Under the pieces are notes generated by a model. It saw nothing but the letters and a program-made list of their open reading frames with translations. It was not told the origin of the DNA and made no database searches. DNA of 63,367 nt, counting the filler, from Collodictyon triciliatum (Eukaryota), in NCBI GenBank assembly GCA_043381765.1. It is 7 parts of 7 records of this genome, joined end to end, with 100 filler letters (N's around TTAATTAATTAA, not from the genome) between each part and the next. Parts side by side here need not be neighbours in the genome. Positions count along the whole stretch, not along the records: positions 1 to 10,017 come from JBHJMP010002823.1; positions 10,118 to 20,130 come from JBHJMP010002824.1; positions 20,231 to 35,954 come from JBHJMP010002825.1; 4 more parts are not named here. One strand, 5' to 3'. Every line of letters begins with the position of its first letter. The first letter of the stretch is position 1. This document shows positions 1 through 20,318 of the stretch, one piece after another. The position numbers and the translations under genes are program-made.

Positions 1-203
1 CATACATACATACATACATACATACATACATACATACATACATACATACATACATACATACATACATACATACATACATACATACATACATACATACATA
101 CATACATACATACATACATACATACATACATACATACATACATACATACATACATACATACATACATACATACATACATACATACATACATACATACATA
201 CAT
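1..203. repeat. (CATA)n microsatellite, intronic in the channel gene
   Basis: About 50 perfect CATA units. Confidence 0.99.
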
Positions 204-235
204 GTGGAGAATAGGAGTGATAAGGAATAAATTAC

Positions 236-2704
236 CGCGAAGAAATAAATGAACGCGAAACCGAATCCAGCCAAGCTCAGCAGTATGTAGAAAATATTGA
301 CGAGAGATGTTAAAAAGAACTTCATAGAGTCATTAACCAGAAAAACACGGAAGGAGCGAAAGCAACGCAGAAAATCTAAATGCAATTTGTTCAATCAGGT
401 AAAAATGATGTTTAAAATTGTTTACCGGATTTTATAGAAAGAAATTATCGAACTTGATCATATTGCATATAAAAACGGAATTAAAATCAACAGACCTCTC
501 AAAATTGGATCCAATCCTGTGTGATAGCTGCCAACCAGGCACAGGAGAGATACCAAGGAAAGTAATTGACAGGAATTCAAATATTTCAATGCCTGAATGT
601 TACTGACTTTGGGAAGCATCATGATGAAGATCTATTTGACATCGTATAATTTATGAGTTTCTCTAAGGAATCATCTGTACGAAACATATTCTATAAGTGA
701 GAACGATACAACGTAGTGTCCTATGTAACAGAAATTTTCAAGTCAGCAGCAAAAATAATAATAATAATAATTATGATCAACCAACCTCTAAGAAAAAGAA
801 GCGTATCGCGATGGAGCCCAGTTGAAATGAAGCATAGGATGGTATAACAATCTCAAAAGTACTAACTGAATCAAAGGATAAGCAAACTAGATCCAAAACT
901 ACGAAAAATAAGGAAATCTTTCGAAATGTTGCGTTTGAATTCAGATAATGACATCCCATCTCTATATCCTTTGGTAAGCTTAGGACTGTAAATTTTAGGG
1001 GGTATTGTAAAAAGAAAAAGTCAGATATTTGTTGGTTACAGCCATGAGACAGCAAAGTATTTTGAAAAAAATGCAAAGTAAGAAGAGGTTCATGTAGATA
1101 GCTTCGTGCGGGGGATATGAGGAATGATTTTAAATAAATATATATTAATTGGTACGCATTACTTCTTGACATAATCGAACGGGAGAGCGCTTGAGTATTT
1201 TCATGCTGTTTGTACAGCTCCTTCGATGAAAAGTTAAGCCCCAATATTTCTCGAATTGACAGGAAATCAATAACATCAAGCTCGTCATCATAGCGAGATA
1301 GCATTTCATACAAAACATTCGACTCGGTAGCAGAAAGCTAGAGTTAAATTAGATCATGTAACTTTGCATCTTTGACATATCAAATGAAAAACAAGAGGCT
1401 ATGTTTAGTAAAGAAATATATATATAATTTAAAGCTAATTATAAATAAAAAAAAATAACTCTAATTGGAATGATATGATCATATAAGTCTAGGACAAAAG
1501 AAAGGGAAAACACGTAGAAAATAGAACAGAAAGGAGAAGGAGAGTTAAAAAAGTTGATATTATACGGTTGGTCGTAAATGCTCCATCAGCTTCCTCCATA
1601 TATCCCTAGTTATTACGCCTTTATTCTGTGGATCCAAGAATGAAAAGGCTTTGAATAGGCCTTTAATCTCCTTCAATTGATCTTTTTCAACCTAAATAAA
1701 GACCCGAATTGAACATCTATGTTATGTCAAGAATCGGCTTTGAAGAGAATTATGTTAAAAAAAAATGCGTACTTTAGATATAATTTTGTGTGCTGGTAGT
1801 AAGGAGAGGATACTTACTTGATTCTTGTTTTGTTTGCTGTATTCATCCGTGACTGCAGCTAAAACCAAAGCCATCCCAAAGAATACACCAAGGAATATGA
1901 AGATGAGGAAAAATACGGCATATATCCCGGATTTCATAGACAATGGTTGAACAATATCGTTGAAATTGTCCATTGTCAAAAGAATAAACAAATTTCTCAT
2001 TGAAGACAACATATCCTACAAAGAAGTACAGGAGCACTCAGCCGGGTTTCATATTATGCAAAAGAGAGTGTAAGCGATTAATAATCAATAGTTCTTGAAT
2101 AGTAGCGAGCGATTCTGAGCAACTACAAACTCTAAAGTGAATCAAATCTTCTCCTTCAAATTGTGCGTCGGATTGAAACATGACATGAGCGAAGTTTGCA
2201 AAAACAAACAGAAGGCCACATACAGGCATAAAAACCTTTGTCGGGGATTACAAAAAAAAAAAAAAAAAAAGTATATGAATTTTTAATGCTACGTATGGCT
2301 TGATGGCTGATAAGCAAACAATAGTGAGAAATGGTCCATACAGATCCCAGCGTCGGAAGCATGTCGATTATAGCTGTGTAGAACCTGAGAACGAGGTGGT
2401 TATGGTATAGTACTTGAATCATTTGAAAAAAACTATTACAAAAAAGTAATTATGTGTAAAAGGCAACAAAATCTTGGCTTTTTTTCGGAATGCTATAATA
2501 TATATGGTCATAAAATAATTTTAAAAATAATCACCGTCTGATTTCACGGTGCCTGCAAAGCATCGCAACAGGGCGAATAGGTCTGGTCAAGCGAAATCCG
2601 ATGAAGAAGGAGAGAAAAAAGTCGATAACGAGACAACAAGTATATAAGAAATATACTTTCTGCCATGTTTTCGATAGGAAGTCCTTCACATTCATGTAGT
2701 ACAT
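236..2704 (-). CDS. TPC1: Two-pore channel (TPC-like), multi-exon, partial at both ends
   Basis: Spliced exons give S4-like RLTRPIRPVAMLCRHREIR, pore/S6 RNLFILLTMDNFNDIV..YAVFFLIFIFLGVFFGMALVLAAVTDEY, an EF-hand-like linker KAFSFLDPQNKGVITRDIW, then a second S4 FLRCFRSFRVFL and S5. This is the two-domain TPC layout. S1 was not located and the 3' end lies outside the window. Confidence 0.85.
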
Positions 2705-2802
2705 CTAACAAAATAATGAGGAGTGAAAATAATTCAAGGAGATAGAACGTAATATTGTTTTGTAAGATGACACATAAAGGTTATTTAATGTTGTTTACTG
2801 TC

Positions 2803-2877
<75 letters not shown>

Positions 2878-3160
2878 GAACAAGAACAAGAACAAGAACA
2901 AGAACAAGAACAAGAACAAGAACAAGAACAAGAACAAGAAGAACAACAAGAACAACAAGAACAAGAAGAACAAGAACAAGAACAAGAACAAGAACAAGAA
3001 CAAGAAGAACAAGAACAAGAACAAGAACAAGAACAAGAACAAGAACAAGAAGAACAACAAGAACAAGAAGAACAACAAGAACAAGAAGAACAACAAGAAC
3101 AAGAAGAACAACAAGAACAAGAAGAACAACAAGAACAAGAAGAAAAAGAAGAAAAAGAAT
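2803..3160. repeat. (AAT)n followed by compound (AAGAAC/AAC)n microsatellite
   Basis: Direct reading; the overlapping ORFs are repeat translations. Confidence 0.97.
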
Positions 3161-3903
3161 CAAAAGGGAAACGGAAAATGAAAACATGGTAGGTGGATTA
3201 ATGCTTCGGATAGGTGTTGTGTGGCCTAATATATTCCACAATTAGATAATTTCGGTATTGAAGGGAACAACTCCTCTCTTTTTTCTCTTTTTTCTCTTTT
3301 TTCTCTTTTTTTCTCTTTTTTTCTCTTTTTTTCTCTTTTTTTCTCTTTTTTTCACTTTTTTTCACTTTTTTTCACTTTTTTTCACTTTTTTTCACTTTTT
3401 TTTCTCTTTTTTCCTCTCTATTTATCTTTTTTCTCTTTTTCTTTTTTTTCTTTTTTTTCTTTTTTTTTCTTTTTCTCTATTTGCGTTCGGTCGATCATCA
3501 CGGATGAAAATCGAAAGAGCCAAAAACAAAAAATTCTGATGGGGTGATAAAAAAAAAAGTGTTGTCGGACTATTTGACGACACAGGAATATGGTTCAGCT
3601 TTACATTCTTCTTGACACAAAACTCACACATGGGCACTGGTAATCAGACGGCGCGATGAGCGATAGGAATGATAGATGTTGAAAAAAGAAAATAAGAGGT
3701 ACAAAGGCTGAGTGTGTTGAATTCCGTGGATTAGTTTCGTATCATATCAGTTCTCTTCTCTTTATTCGCTCCAGAACAATAGAAAAGAACATGGACTTTT
3801 GTGAAGCAGAAACTAAAGCGACCCGGATTATATGGAAAACAATCACGAGAAATGAAAACAGACAAATATCTTGATGAAAACAAGTCAAAATATTTAGGTG
3901 GCT

Positions 3904-6900
3904 CTATCTCGGGTGGGAGAGTGCTGTCCAAACGGGCGATGTGATTTCGCGAACAACTGCATAGTTTGGTTTGTTGTGATAGCTCGCGTCAGACTCGTGC
4001 GCAACCCTCTTTGGCTTTTCCTTCAGCAACGACACCTATTACGTGCAAAGAATGAAAGAAAAAAATAAAGAAAACTGTGAGCATGGACTCGCCTTCTTTC
4101 GGTATGAAATAAAATAAAAATGGTGGGGCTTCGATTCACCAGGCATGTGTAATAGCTTCTGAATTATATTTTCACTAGTAAATGAAGATACTAAAGAAAG
4201 GGAGAGAAAGGAAGGGAAAGAGTCCACGCATAGAATGTCTGACCCGCTTATCTGAGTCCATTTCCGATAAAACTTCGTCCACATCGATCGGGTCTTCGTC
4301 GAGGGATTGGTGCGGCACAAAATACCGCTCATGTATATTAAAGCAGATGAAATTTGCCACGGCCATAATCCACAAGACCCACCTGTCCAAGCAAGTGAAG
4401 TGAGCTTAGAAAGTGGACACTGACTTTTTCAAAGCGAATGTGGACCTCGATATGCGCATATGCCAAAGATTCAAGAAAATTATTTGGATGGGATATGCTT
4501 CGAAATGGCTATGGATTGTCTTGTTCCATGGAACCACCTTGTGGTTTGGCTAAGGTTGACCAAATCGAATTTGTCTTTAATCCATTCTGACGGGCTAATG
4601 TGATTTGAGCACTTAAAGTTAGATAAATACATCACTAATTATATAGAGTTACACCGGCGAATTAATCACGCAAAATGGAGAAAGGAGGACACAAATCTGA
4701 TTGTCGATGGTAGAATATGTCATGTTCGTCCTCCTACCATAAAAGCATGATGGAACAAGAAAGCAAGTCCAGAAATAATACAAAGGAGAGGAGGTAGTTT
4801 TGGTCGAGCGGTTGGCGGAAGACACCGAAACTCTGACTCAGCGCAACTCCGACAGATGGAAACTGAAAGTTCGAGAAAAGGAAGCTCTCGGTGGTGTCTG
4901 CATTAAATGACTCGTTCGTATCATCATCCGGGTCTTCATAGCGACCTTGAAATGAAGTGCGACCGAGGGTTATTGGATAACCAAAGAAGCGGTCAAATTG
5001 ATGGACATGCTACTTAAAAAGCAAATATTTTTAACTAAAAACCGCACTTGTGTGGTGTAGATACTCATTCGCAGCAATTTGAAAGCCCACTATGATAACG
5101 ATGAATCCAATCACAGAACGTAGGATTGTAGATGAGACCAGGTCAGGCTCTGGGCGACCTCGTGTGAGAGTCTTCCTTGATTTGATGAGGGGCATGATAA
5201 TCGCAACAGGGAGGACTAAGGCTGTACGAAGTTTATTAAGGTTTTGAGTAGGGAAAAATAACAGCACATAAGCAAATCCACCCTCAGCAGGTATATGCTA
5301 TTTGCAATTTGATGTAGTTAAATATTATCGGCTCGATAATTCGGTAAAAATTACCCATATCGCCCCAATTATACTGAAGGTCGCTGAACTCTAGAACGTT
5401 TTTGTACAAAATGATTACCGACATTGCTTGAATCATCCCGTAGCAAAACATAAACCGAAATATTGCAAAAGTGGAGACGATGCAACAACGGCCCTCCAAG
5501 ATGAGTTCAGATACCTATGAAAAAACGTGCTTGCTTTGATTTCGTGGATAAGAAATATGGAGATGGATGGAGAGAAACAGATAGCATTCAGCGGTTGGTC
5601 AAGATATTGCAACTGGCTTATTGAATCATTCTACGGCATCTCGATTACTTTGCCATATCCAGCTATATTATAGGAAACAAATTAAAAAAATTACGGCTCC
5701 AATATGGTGAATAGGTGTCGAAAAAGGCGCAGCAACAGAGAGGGATGATTCGTCGCTTGATGCATCGTCAATATCTGCCTTTTTTGCTTGAATGCTAAGT
5801 CCAATATCTGCCGTTTTCAGAGCAACAGAGTCATTTGCACCGTCCCCTGTCCTGTTACGTACAAAAGAAAGAGTGTGTTATAATTTTTGAAAATAAAAAA
5901 AATGAGTCCTGATATTTTGATTTTGATTTTGATTAAGTAACCGCTAAAAAAATAAAAAATAATATAATGTACAAATATTGAGTAGGTAATAGAACATGAA
6001 CTATATACATGCAAACAGCGAAATGGAGATCTTGTAAACCGTGCATCAAATCTTCTTTGTTTTTAGGTGTCATCCGCGCAAAAATGTTGGCACGGGTTAG
6101 AACCACTTGGAAGGGTGTCATTGAAAGTTTGTTGATTGGGTCAGTCTCCCGCGTTCTGAATAGTTTTCTCCACATCGCACTGCAGTATGTTTTCAATTAA
6201 TTGATAGGAAGAGAAAAGAATCGGTAATCGTAAAAGTAGTATTGATGTTTTTATAAGCAACACGCTAACTGTAATGCAAAATTGAGAGAATAAATAAATA
6301 AATAAAAAAATAAAAAAATAAAAAAAATAAAAGGGCACGATAGACCCTCTTGTATTTACACTTTTTCAAAGAGAATATTCTTTTTTGAAAATAAAAAATA
6401 AAGGCTTTTCAAGAGGGCTTCCGATAATGGGGAAGGTGATGGTGATGGTGATGGTGATGGTGATGGTGATGGTGATGGTGATGGTGATGGTGATGGTGAT
6501 GGTGATGGTGATGGTGATGGTGATGGTGATGGTTTTAAGAATAATTTAAATATGATATCATTTTCGAATCGTTACTATATCAAGGCTTCACCAATCGTAG
6601 AATTGATCGGAAGTGGGTCTTAATGGCAAAAAGAAAGAAAGAGGAATAAAAATGAAGGCGTTTCAGGTCGTGAATTACGTCGTAGAGTTGTCTGTTCCCT
6701 GGAAAAATCTCCGCCCTTGTCCTTTCTTCTTGACGAGCGCAATATGCTCGGCTTGCAGATACGAAAATGCATTTCCTGTTACCACTAAGTCGATCTTTCG
6801 CAAAGATTCATCCACATTTTGATCGCTCTCATTCGGCTTTACCTTGAATACAGGATGTGGTGATCCCAAATCAGATGGTGTCTCACCCATCAGTAACATT

Positions 6901-9890
6901 TCTGTAGGAATTGATTTTGAGCGAAGAAAAGACTGAAAGTCGCACCGGACAGATGGGTCTAGCATGTCTTCTATCGTGAGCTTGGATTTGACACGGTTTT
7001 GCGATTGTACATCCAGCAAAAATGTTCTTCTGGATGGGCGAAGAAAGAACGGGTCACATTTTCGAGATACAGCAAACGCCGTGTGTGGGTTATCTCCTGT
7101 GACCATGATGCATCGCAGCCCAGCTCGGACATATGTCTCCAGAGCGCCCAGCGTCTCCTCCTTCAGAGCATTCTCCATGACAAGAAACCCGGAAAACATG
7201 ACGTCCCTCTCCATTTCGTCTCTGCTTTCAGATAAAAGCTGCTCTAGGGTCTCGTTCACACCCGCCGGGCACGGCCGTAGGTTAGTTGCTGGCTCAACTT
7301 TACTTGATTTGATTTTGATTGATTTGTAAGCGCACGCCAGAATGCGATAGCCTGACAAAGCTAACTTCTTCATGTTGGAGTCAAAGTCGTCAGGGATGGA
7401 GTCCGGCGCACAAATATCACGAATATTTTCTGGGGCTCCTAAAAATAATTTGAAATGGGTTCACAATACTCCCTTCTTTTTTAAGAAAGAAATTATATTA
7501 CGTAGAAGCCTGTGTAGGATTGGTTTCTTTTTTTTTTCTTATTATTTATTGCTCATTTTCCATGCATGTGTACTGGCACTAATGTTGGTTACCTTTGACT
7601 AGCAGGATGTATTCTGGTTCTGATTCGGCTTTAGGAAATATTGGTATACGGCATACTAGCGAGGCCATACGCCGAACGTCAGAGTCAAACTCAAATCGTT
7701 TCAGAATGGCCAAGGCGAAGCTGTTTTTGCTGGGGGCTGGTGGGTATATGACTGTATCTACAAAACTTGGAATGTGTGGAGAGTTCCATATCTATTCCCA
7801 AAAAAAAACTAGTAAGAAGAAGCCAGAACGAAGAAAACTTGGTCCTGTAAAAATAAGATTGAATATAAAAGTGGTGAGTTATAACTATAGAAATCATAGA
7901 ATGCTGTAGAATGAAGTTTGTGGTTTGCAAAGTTTGTAACCTTCGATTCGATTGAATCATTTGCCCTTTGCGTACGAGTCAAATATTTCCAGTTTGTGTT
8001 CGAGAACATTTGAATCTCGAGCGGGTCACCAACAAATAATTTTTCACTCTTAATTTCCGGGCCGTTCATACCAACGGATACATAACCACCTTTTCTCCTC
8101 GTAGGATTGCTGTGCAAGTTGGGAAGAAGATTGGACAGCTTATCCAGCGGAAGGTATCCTTGTTCGTCCTCACTATCATCATCGTCTTCTAGTAGGGAAA
8201 GGCTAACCGTGACAAGAAAAATATGAGTAATTTACAAGCTTCTCCGTATTTTGGGAACAAAATGCGGTATTATATATTGCTTTTCGATGTTCTCATATCA
8301 TCGACATTCTTGCTTTTGCAGAAAAAAAGGAGGAATATAAGTGTCGATGAGATTAACGAGAAAAAGCTCAAAAATCAACACGCCTACCTATGGCAAGATG
8401 CAAGGGTATAACACAGAGCCATGTTCGAAAGGATAACCGGGTCCTCTGTACTTGATTTAGTTCTATGTAAGGTCTTCTGAGTTTCAAAGTAAAATTCCAT
8501 TATTTCAGAATCAAGAGCGGATATTTGGCCTTTATGGTCTTTTGAGGAGGCTTCCAGATATTGAACACCCTTGAGAGTGAGTCCGTCCTCTGTGAGTGTT
8601 CCAGTCTTGTCAAAACACAGGACATTGACTCTGCCGCCGGCTACTATACGGTTTGGGTCGATGCAGTATATCTTTTTCTTTTTGAGTTGGTGGAAGGCTG
8701 CAGATATAGCAATAGAAAGTGCAAGCGGCAATGCCGGAGATATGGCAACAGTTGCAAGGTCCATACAATTTAATATGATTGACCACGCACTTTCATCCTC
8801 CTTCACAGCCTCGTCTATCGTGATGGCCCAGCCAACAATCAGAAGAATAAGCAGAAATACCATGAACTGAAGAACTTGCACTTCGAAACGAAAGATTGGG
8901 GGCTTCGGATAAAGGATAGATCGAACTAGCTGCCCTTTTGATGTGTGAAATCCTGTTCGGATCACCATGCCAATTGCCGGCAAACTCTTCTCTCTGTTGC
9001 GAAAGGAATTGGAAAGCTCCAATATACGAGACTCTATTTCACTTTCACTTGCACCTGTCGTCTCCAAGTATCTGCGCAGACCATCAACCGAGTGCTCCAT
9101 TGAAAACTATGATATGACATCAAAGTAAATAAGGACTATCCCACAACAACAAAACAGAAAAATGTTTCGAACGAAATTTGGAGAGTGTCATAATGAAGTT
9201 ACGGATAGGGTATAATAATATAATCACCAAAATATAGCGGACAACACGATAGGTATATTTTTAGTACTCTACCTGCCAAATTGTTTCAGGCTTGATGTCT
9301 GCACTCTGATTTTGTTCATTTAGAATATCAGTGATCAGGGGAGGGCAATGTACTGCACCTTGTGGTTTAACTTGAACCACTTTTGTCCCAGCAAATAGTA
9401 TATACTTTGCGTCCTTGTCGCTCTTCGGATTAAAAGTGGCTAACGGCTGTGCATTTCTTGAAGAGTATCCGTAAGGAATGGGCGTCTTCTGAACTGGCGC
9501 ACTTTCCCCAGTCAACATCGACTCGTTGACAACCACACTACCAGAGAGCAGGACCACATCACACGAGAGAGTCATGTCTCCGCTGATTTCAACAAGGTCT
9601 CCAGGGAGAAGAGAGTGGCTGGAAATAGTGTGTCTTCGAAAAGTCGGAATGGGACTCCATGGGCGGTGATGCTGATGTTGATGCTGCTGTGGAGACGGTT
9701 TCTTGCTGTCTTTCATCCCAGAGTCTTTTATTGAGTTGGGTTGCTCGTTTTGCAGAACAGGGACGGTGACTGGCATGTCCATCCGCGATATTTTTTGCAG
9801 AATTTCAATGTTTTTCATGTTTGTATAAGCATCATTCAGAGCAGATGTGTTTGCCAAAATAAAAATCATGGTTGAGAAAATATAGTATCC
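3904..9890 (-). CDS. ATP13A: P5B-type P-type ATPase (ATP13A/Ypk9 family), multi-exon, 5' end lost at spacer
   Basis: [75 protein letters not shown] (phosphorylated Asp), [29 protein letters not shown] and C-terminal TM exons. Last exon [10 protein letters not shown]...ALSHPR ends at TAG 3904-3906. Confidence 0.95.
6434..6533. repeat. (GGTGAT)n microsatellite in ATPase intron
   Basis: Direct reading. Confidence 0.97.
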
Positions 9891-10017
9891 CTATTGCATG
9901 AGACTGTTCAGTTATTTCGAGAGAAGGAGAGAAGGAGAGAAGGAGAGAAGGAGAGAAGGAGAGAAGGAGAGAAGGAGAGAAGGAGAGAAGGAGAGAAGGA
10001 GAGAAGGAGAGAAGGAG

Positions 10018-10117
10018 NNNNNNNNNNNNNNNNNNNNNNNNNNNNNNNNNNNNNNNNNNNNTTAATTAATTAANNNNNNNNNNNNNNNNNNNNNNNNNNN
10101 NNNNNNNNNNNNNNNNN
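10018..10117. other. Artificial contig spacer N44-TTAATTAATTAA-N44 (also 20131-20230, 35955-36054, 46060-46159, 56163-56262, 62206-62305)
   Basis: The same 100-bp structure occurs six times; TTAATTAATTAA places stops in all six frames. Confidence 0.97.
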
Positions 10118-10129
10118 AAAACAAAAAAA

Positions 10130-10171
<42 letters not shown>

Positions 10172-10186
10172 AAAAAAACAAAAAAA

Positions 10187-10267
<81 letters not shown>

Positions 10268-10527
10268 AAACAAAAAAAAGGAAACAAAAAAAGGAAACAA
10301 AAAAAAAAGGAAACAAAAAGGAAACATAATAAGACAAAACAAGACAAAAATTTACTTATTCTCATACTACTGAACTTTTTATGAGGGCATAATAACTGCT
10401 GGTTTATGTTATTATTTTATACCTATTTTCATTACTATTAGAATACACATTAAAGTAAGTTGCTGCCTCTTCGTATCAAAAAGGCACTCTATTTGAATAT
10501 AATCAAATACTGTTATTAAATAATTAG

Positions 10528-16513
<5,986 letters not shown>

Positions 16514-17069
16514 CACCTTGTAATTATCCGTCGTTTGCGCAATCGAATCTCCTCTCTCCTTCTCTCATCCCTTCCCTGCGATTCCAACGCCTTCCAAACT
16601 GTGAATCCCCGACCACACCAAACGCCACAGACCGGATGACTGAACGAACCACCAAGAAAAATAAACATCAGTCCGAATGAAAGAAAATAACGAAACATAT
16701 TGCAGCGGAGTTGCAGTAAGGACCGAGCATCCTTTGTGTTCCTTCGTTTATATCATATTCGTTCTTGTCTGTGGGTGGATGAACCTCGAGTGGACAGAAA
16801 AAGAAGAAGAAGAAAAAAAAAAGAAAAAGAAAAGGAAAAGTATATATGGGAGCGAGTGAGTGAGAGGGCGAAAATAAGCAGGGGAAAAAGAGGGAGGCAT
16901 TTCGCGATGATTGTCTGCAATATAGATTCGAGTCCGAATATCCCTTTTCGAACTCCACTGCAAGCCCAAAGGGAGTGACTCGTTAGCGATTCCTCTGCTC
17001 CATGGCGCATCCGCGTTGCCTCCAAACACGGTCGGTAGGCTATCGCCACGGACCAACCATCAGGGCCCA

Positions 17070-19150
17070 TCACTGCGCGCCACTTGGGTCATCTCCAAGG
17101 TCAGGATTTTCGGACGCGTCAAACTCGCCTTCAAACTCACCGTCAATTTCGTCCCCAACGAAATCCTCACCTTCAATGCCATCAAGATCTGCAGCCAACT
17201 CTCCAAATCCGTCGGCATCGGGCTGTGGCAGCTGTTCGGCTCCGGTTTCATTCTCTTCATACTGCACACCATCCTCTTCCTGGAAATCGTCCTCGCCTTC
17301 CTGCTCATCGTAGCCTTGCTCGTCTCCTTCATACTGCTGGTTATCCTCACCATATTGCTGGTTGCCTTCCTCGTTGTATTGGTGTTCGGCATCTGCATAG
17401 TCGCCATAGTCCACTTCTTGCATGTCCCCGTCCTCGGGGTTCAGGGCCCTCTCAGCTTCATAGGACCTGTCCTTTTTGCTTTCAGACGGCTCGGCTAGTT
17501 GGGTGTCAGGCTCTTTGCGTTTGGTGCTTGCATTCATGATATCCTTTGATGGATCGATTGTCGTGGTTGATTTCGGTGCTGTTGTATGTGCGGCGCTTGA
17601 GAGGGGTAGCGGGCTCGACTTGATTTGGGTTATGACACAACGCATCCCACTTGCTGATTTAACAGGTGCCACGGCATCGGTACTAGCACCGGCACTGGAT
17701 ATTTGCTGGGCGGCCTTGTGTTGCTGTTGCAAGGAGCTGATTAATGTATCCTCGTTGACAGAGGTCATGGTAACCTTCAATGTCGACTCCTGAGCTTTGT
17801 TACCCTGTGCTGGTTTTTTGACAGCATTATAGTTATCCCCAAGCAGCTCCTGCAGCGACCTCACACGAAGAGGCTCCTGTTTGGTGGAGTCTGAATCCGT
17901 GGAGCCAGGAAGCATTGTTTTCTTCTGTGACTGATTTTGTTGTGTATGTTGTGTTTGTTGCATTTGTAGGTTATTAGGCTTTGGTGGGTTGGGCTTTCTG
18001 GACTGGTTTCTTTGAGCCTCAGCTGGGAACACAGCTACACCGCCTTCTAGAAGAGGCCCCTGGTTTCTAGATGGAGCTCTTTTATCTTGTTGACTGTGAG
18101 GCTGCAACATGTTGACAGGGGTATTTTGCTGGAACATCGAAAGAATGGCTGGATTCATGCCGTTGGCGGCCAAAAACTGCATAAGTGCCATCTGTGCAGC
18201 CGGATGCCCTTGGTTATAACGGCCTAGGAGTGCAGGGTTTATCATTTGTCCCTGCGAGCCATACGGAACCCCTGTGTGTGGGATGATGGGCCCTTGTCCT
18301 CCCATATACGGGTTGTACTTGTGTATCGGTCGCGATGGGTTCTTTGCCGGCCTCGGTGCTGGGGTGCTTGCTGTGGTAGCAGAAGCCGGAGTGTTTTGGG
18401 GATTGACAGGAGTATTTTTTTTCGGGGCGGTCGTAGATGACTGCACGGAGTCTACTTGACTGGTTGGAGCGCTTGCCTTTTGTGTGGCTGTGCTGAGATT
18501 TGCAGGGGCCTCAGGGTTGCCTGCTGGCCTTGCATTGCTGCTGACAGACATTGCACTGTCGATGCTGAGGACGGATGTTGATGGGGACTCTGTCACGGTG
18601 GGTGCGGTTGTTGGTTTCGGGGAATTCGGATCGAACTTCCGGTGGCTGAGGCTGTGGTCGAATGGGCAGCTGCGGCCACGCTGGCATTGTCCCTTGATGA
18701 AGAACTTGCATGGAACCGAGCTTGTGTTCACAGCAGCCTAGAAGGAGGCGTATCGACTTGTGAGTGCTTATGATCGAGGGCGACACTCAAATAGATAAAT
18801 CTCTAGGTATCTGTATAATGCATGGATTGTGACTAGGAATGCGTCTATGTACGTTCTCAGGCTGTGAGTGGCGGAAGGGACAGTCCTGTTTGAGGCATCG
18901 CGAGCTACGGAAGAATATGCACTCGCTGGGATTAGCTTTGGCAGACTCACTGTGTCTAAACTCGCAATCACTTCCCTATGGTAATTTTTTTTCAATCAAA
19001 TAAAGAATAAAGAATAATAATAATAATAATAATAAAAATTAGAATAAAGAGAGTATGTAGGGGATGGGCAAGAATAGAACAAGTTTATGAAATGTAAACC
19101 TTGACACAGTCGCTGGCCATAAAATCTTTGCAGTCGATGTTCTTGTTCAT
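17070..19150 (-). CDS. ZC3H11: Triple CCCH zinc-finger protein, ZC3H11A-like, with low-complexity middle and acidic tail
   Basis: Three spliced exons give MNKNIDCKDFMASDCVK|GSDCEFRHSESAKANPSECIFFRSSRCLKQDCPFRHSQPEN|AAVNTSSVPCKFFIKGQCQRGRSCPFDH, matching the ZC3H11 N-terminal finger pattern. ATG at 19150. Confidence 0.8.
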
Positions 19151-20033
19151 GATCGGCGTCTCGTACAAATGGCGCAAAAGCGGATGTGTTGAATATTGAG
19201 ACCTACTGGTTGGTAAAGAAAAAAAAATGTGAGGCCAGTTGCAGTCTCTTCAGCAGAAAAAAAAAAGAATAAGATGCAGAAAACGAACAAGAAAAGAAAA
19301 AAAATAGAAAAAAGAGTAGAAAAAGAAAAAGAAAAGAAGAGAAGAAGAGAAGAGGAGAAGAAGAGAAGAAGAAGAGAAGAAGAAGAGAAGAAGAAGAGAA
19401 GAAGAAGAGAAGAAGAAGAGAAGAAGAAGAGAAGAAGAAGAGAAAAGACAAGACAAGAAAAAAGAAAAATACAGCAGAGTATAATACATAACGATAGACA
19501 AGAGCATCAGAAGGAACGGCGGAGGTCTGGTGGATTCATGAAAAGCAGCTTCGGCCTTCTCGTTGTGGCTCGTTGAGGAGGACATACAAATGCGCTTGTG
19601 AAAGAGAAAATTTGATCAAAAAAAAAAAGACACCATTTTTCAATGAATCCAACCATGAATTTCAAAATACAGAGAATATACTAATTGTGGATATTAAAAT
19701 TAATTTTTACATTTCGTGTAAATTATAATTGGTTTAAAATAATAATATCAATGAATGGTAGGAACTGAAATATATAACATGGAAAGCAAATGATTAGCAA
19801 GTTGCGCAACCCGTCCTCGCCGATTCCATCTCCCAAAGCCTTCGACCGCCACAGGCACAAAATAATAAAAATGAAAAAAAAAAAAAGGAATCCAATATTC
19901 TGCTTCGTGGTGTTAAAGAACTAGTCTACAAACGCTTAATCCTGCATCGTGGTGGAAATACATTAATTCTATCATGATTTTCTTTGAATCGAACAGAGGG
20001 AAAAATATGCCATGATTTTAGGGGTGGTATTCC

Positions 20034-20130
<97 letters not shown>

Positions 20131-20230
20131 NNNNNNNNNNNNNNNNNNNNNNNNNNNNNNNNNNNNNNNNNNNNTTAATTAATTAANNNNNNNNNNNNNN
20201 NNNNNNNNNNNNNNNNNNNNNNNNNNNNNN

Positions 20231-20280
<50 letters not shown>

Positions 20281-20318
20281 TAATCCATTTGAGAGTTCTC
20301 AGTTATCTTTACTTTAGA

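Noticed and set aside
236-2704. U12-type introns in the channel gene
   Set aside because: The donors I inspected are ordinary GT without the RTATCCTT consensus.
2785-3539. Poly-L/F/V ORFs (likewise 19.2, 30.9, 43.6, 49.3 kb and ORFs spanning N runs)
   Set aside because: These are translations of microsatellites or gaps.
3559-3583. Hairpin GTGTTGTCG-N7-TGACGACAC next to an A-run as an ncRNA or terminator
   Set aside because: Only 9 bp with two G-U pairs; no match to snRNA, tRNA or SECIS motifs that I recognise.
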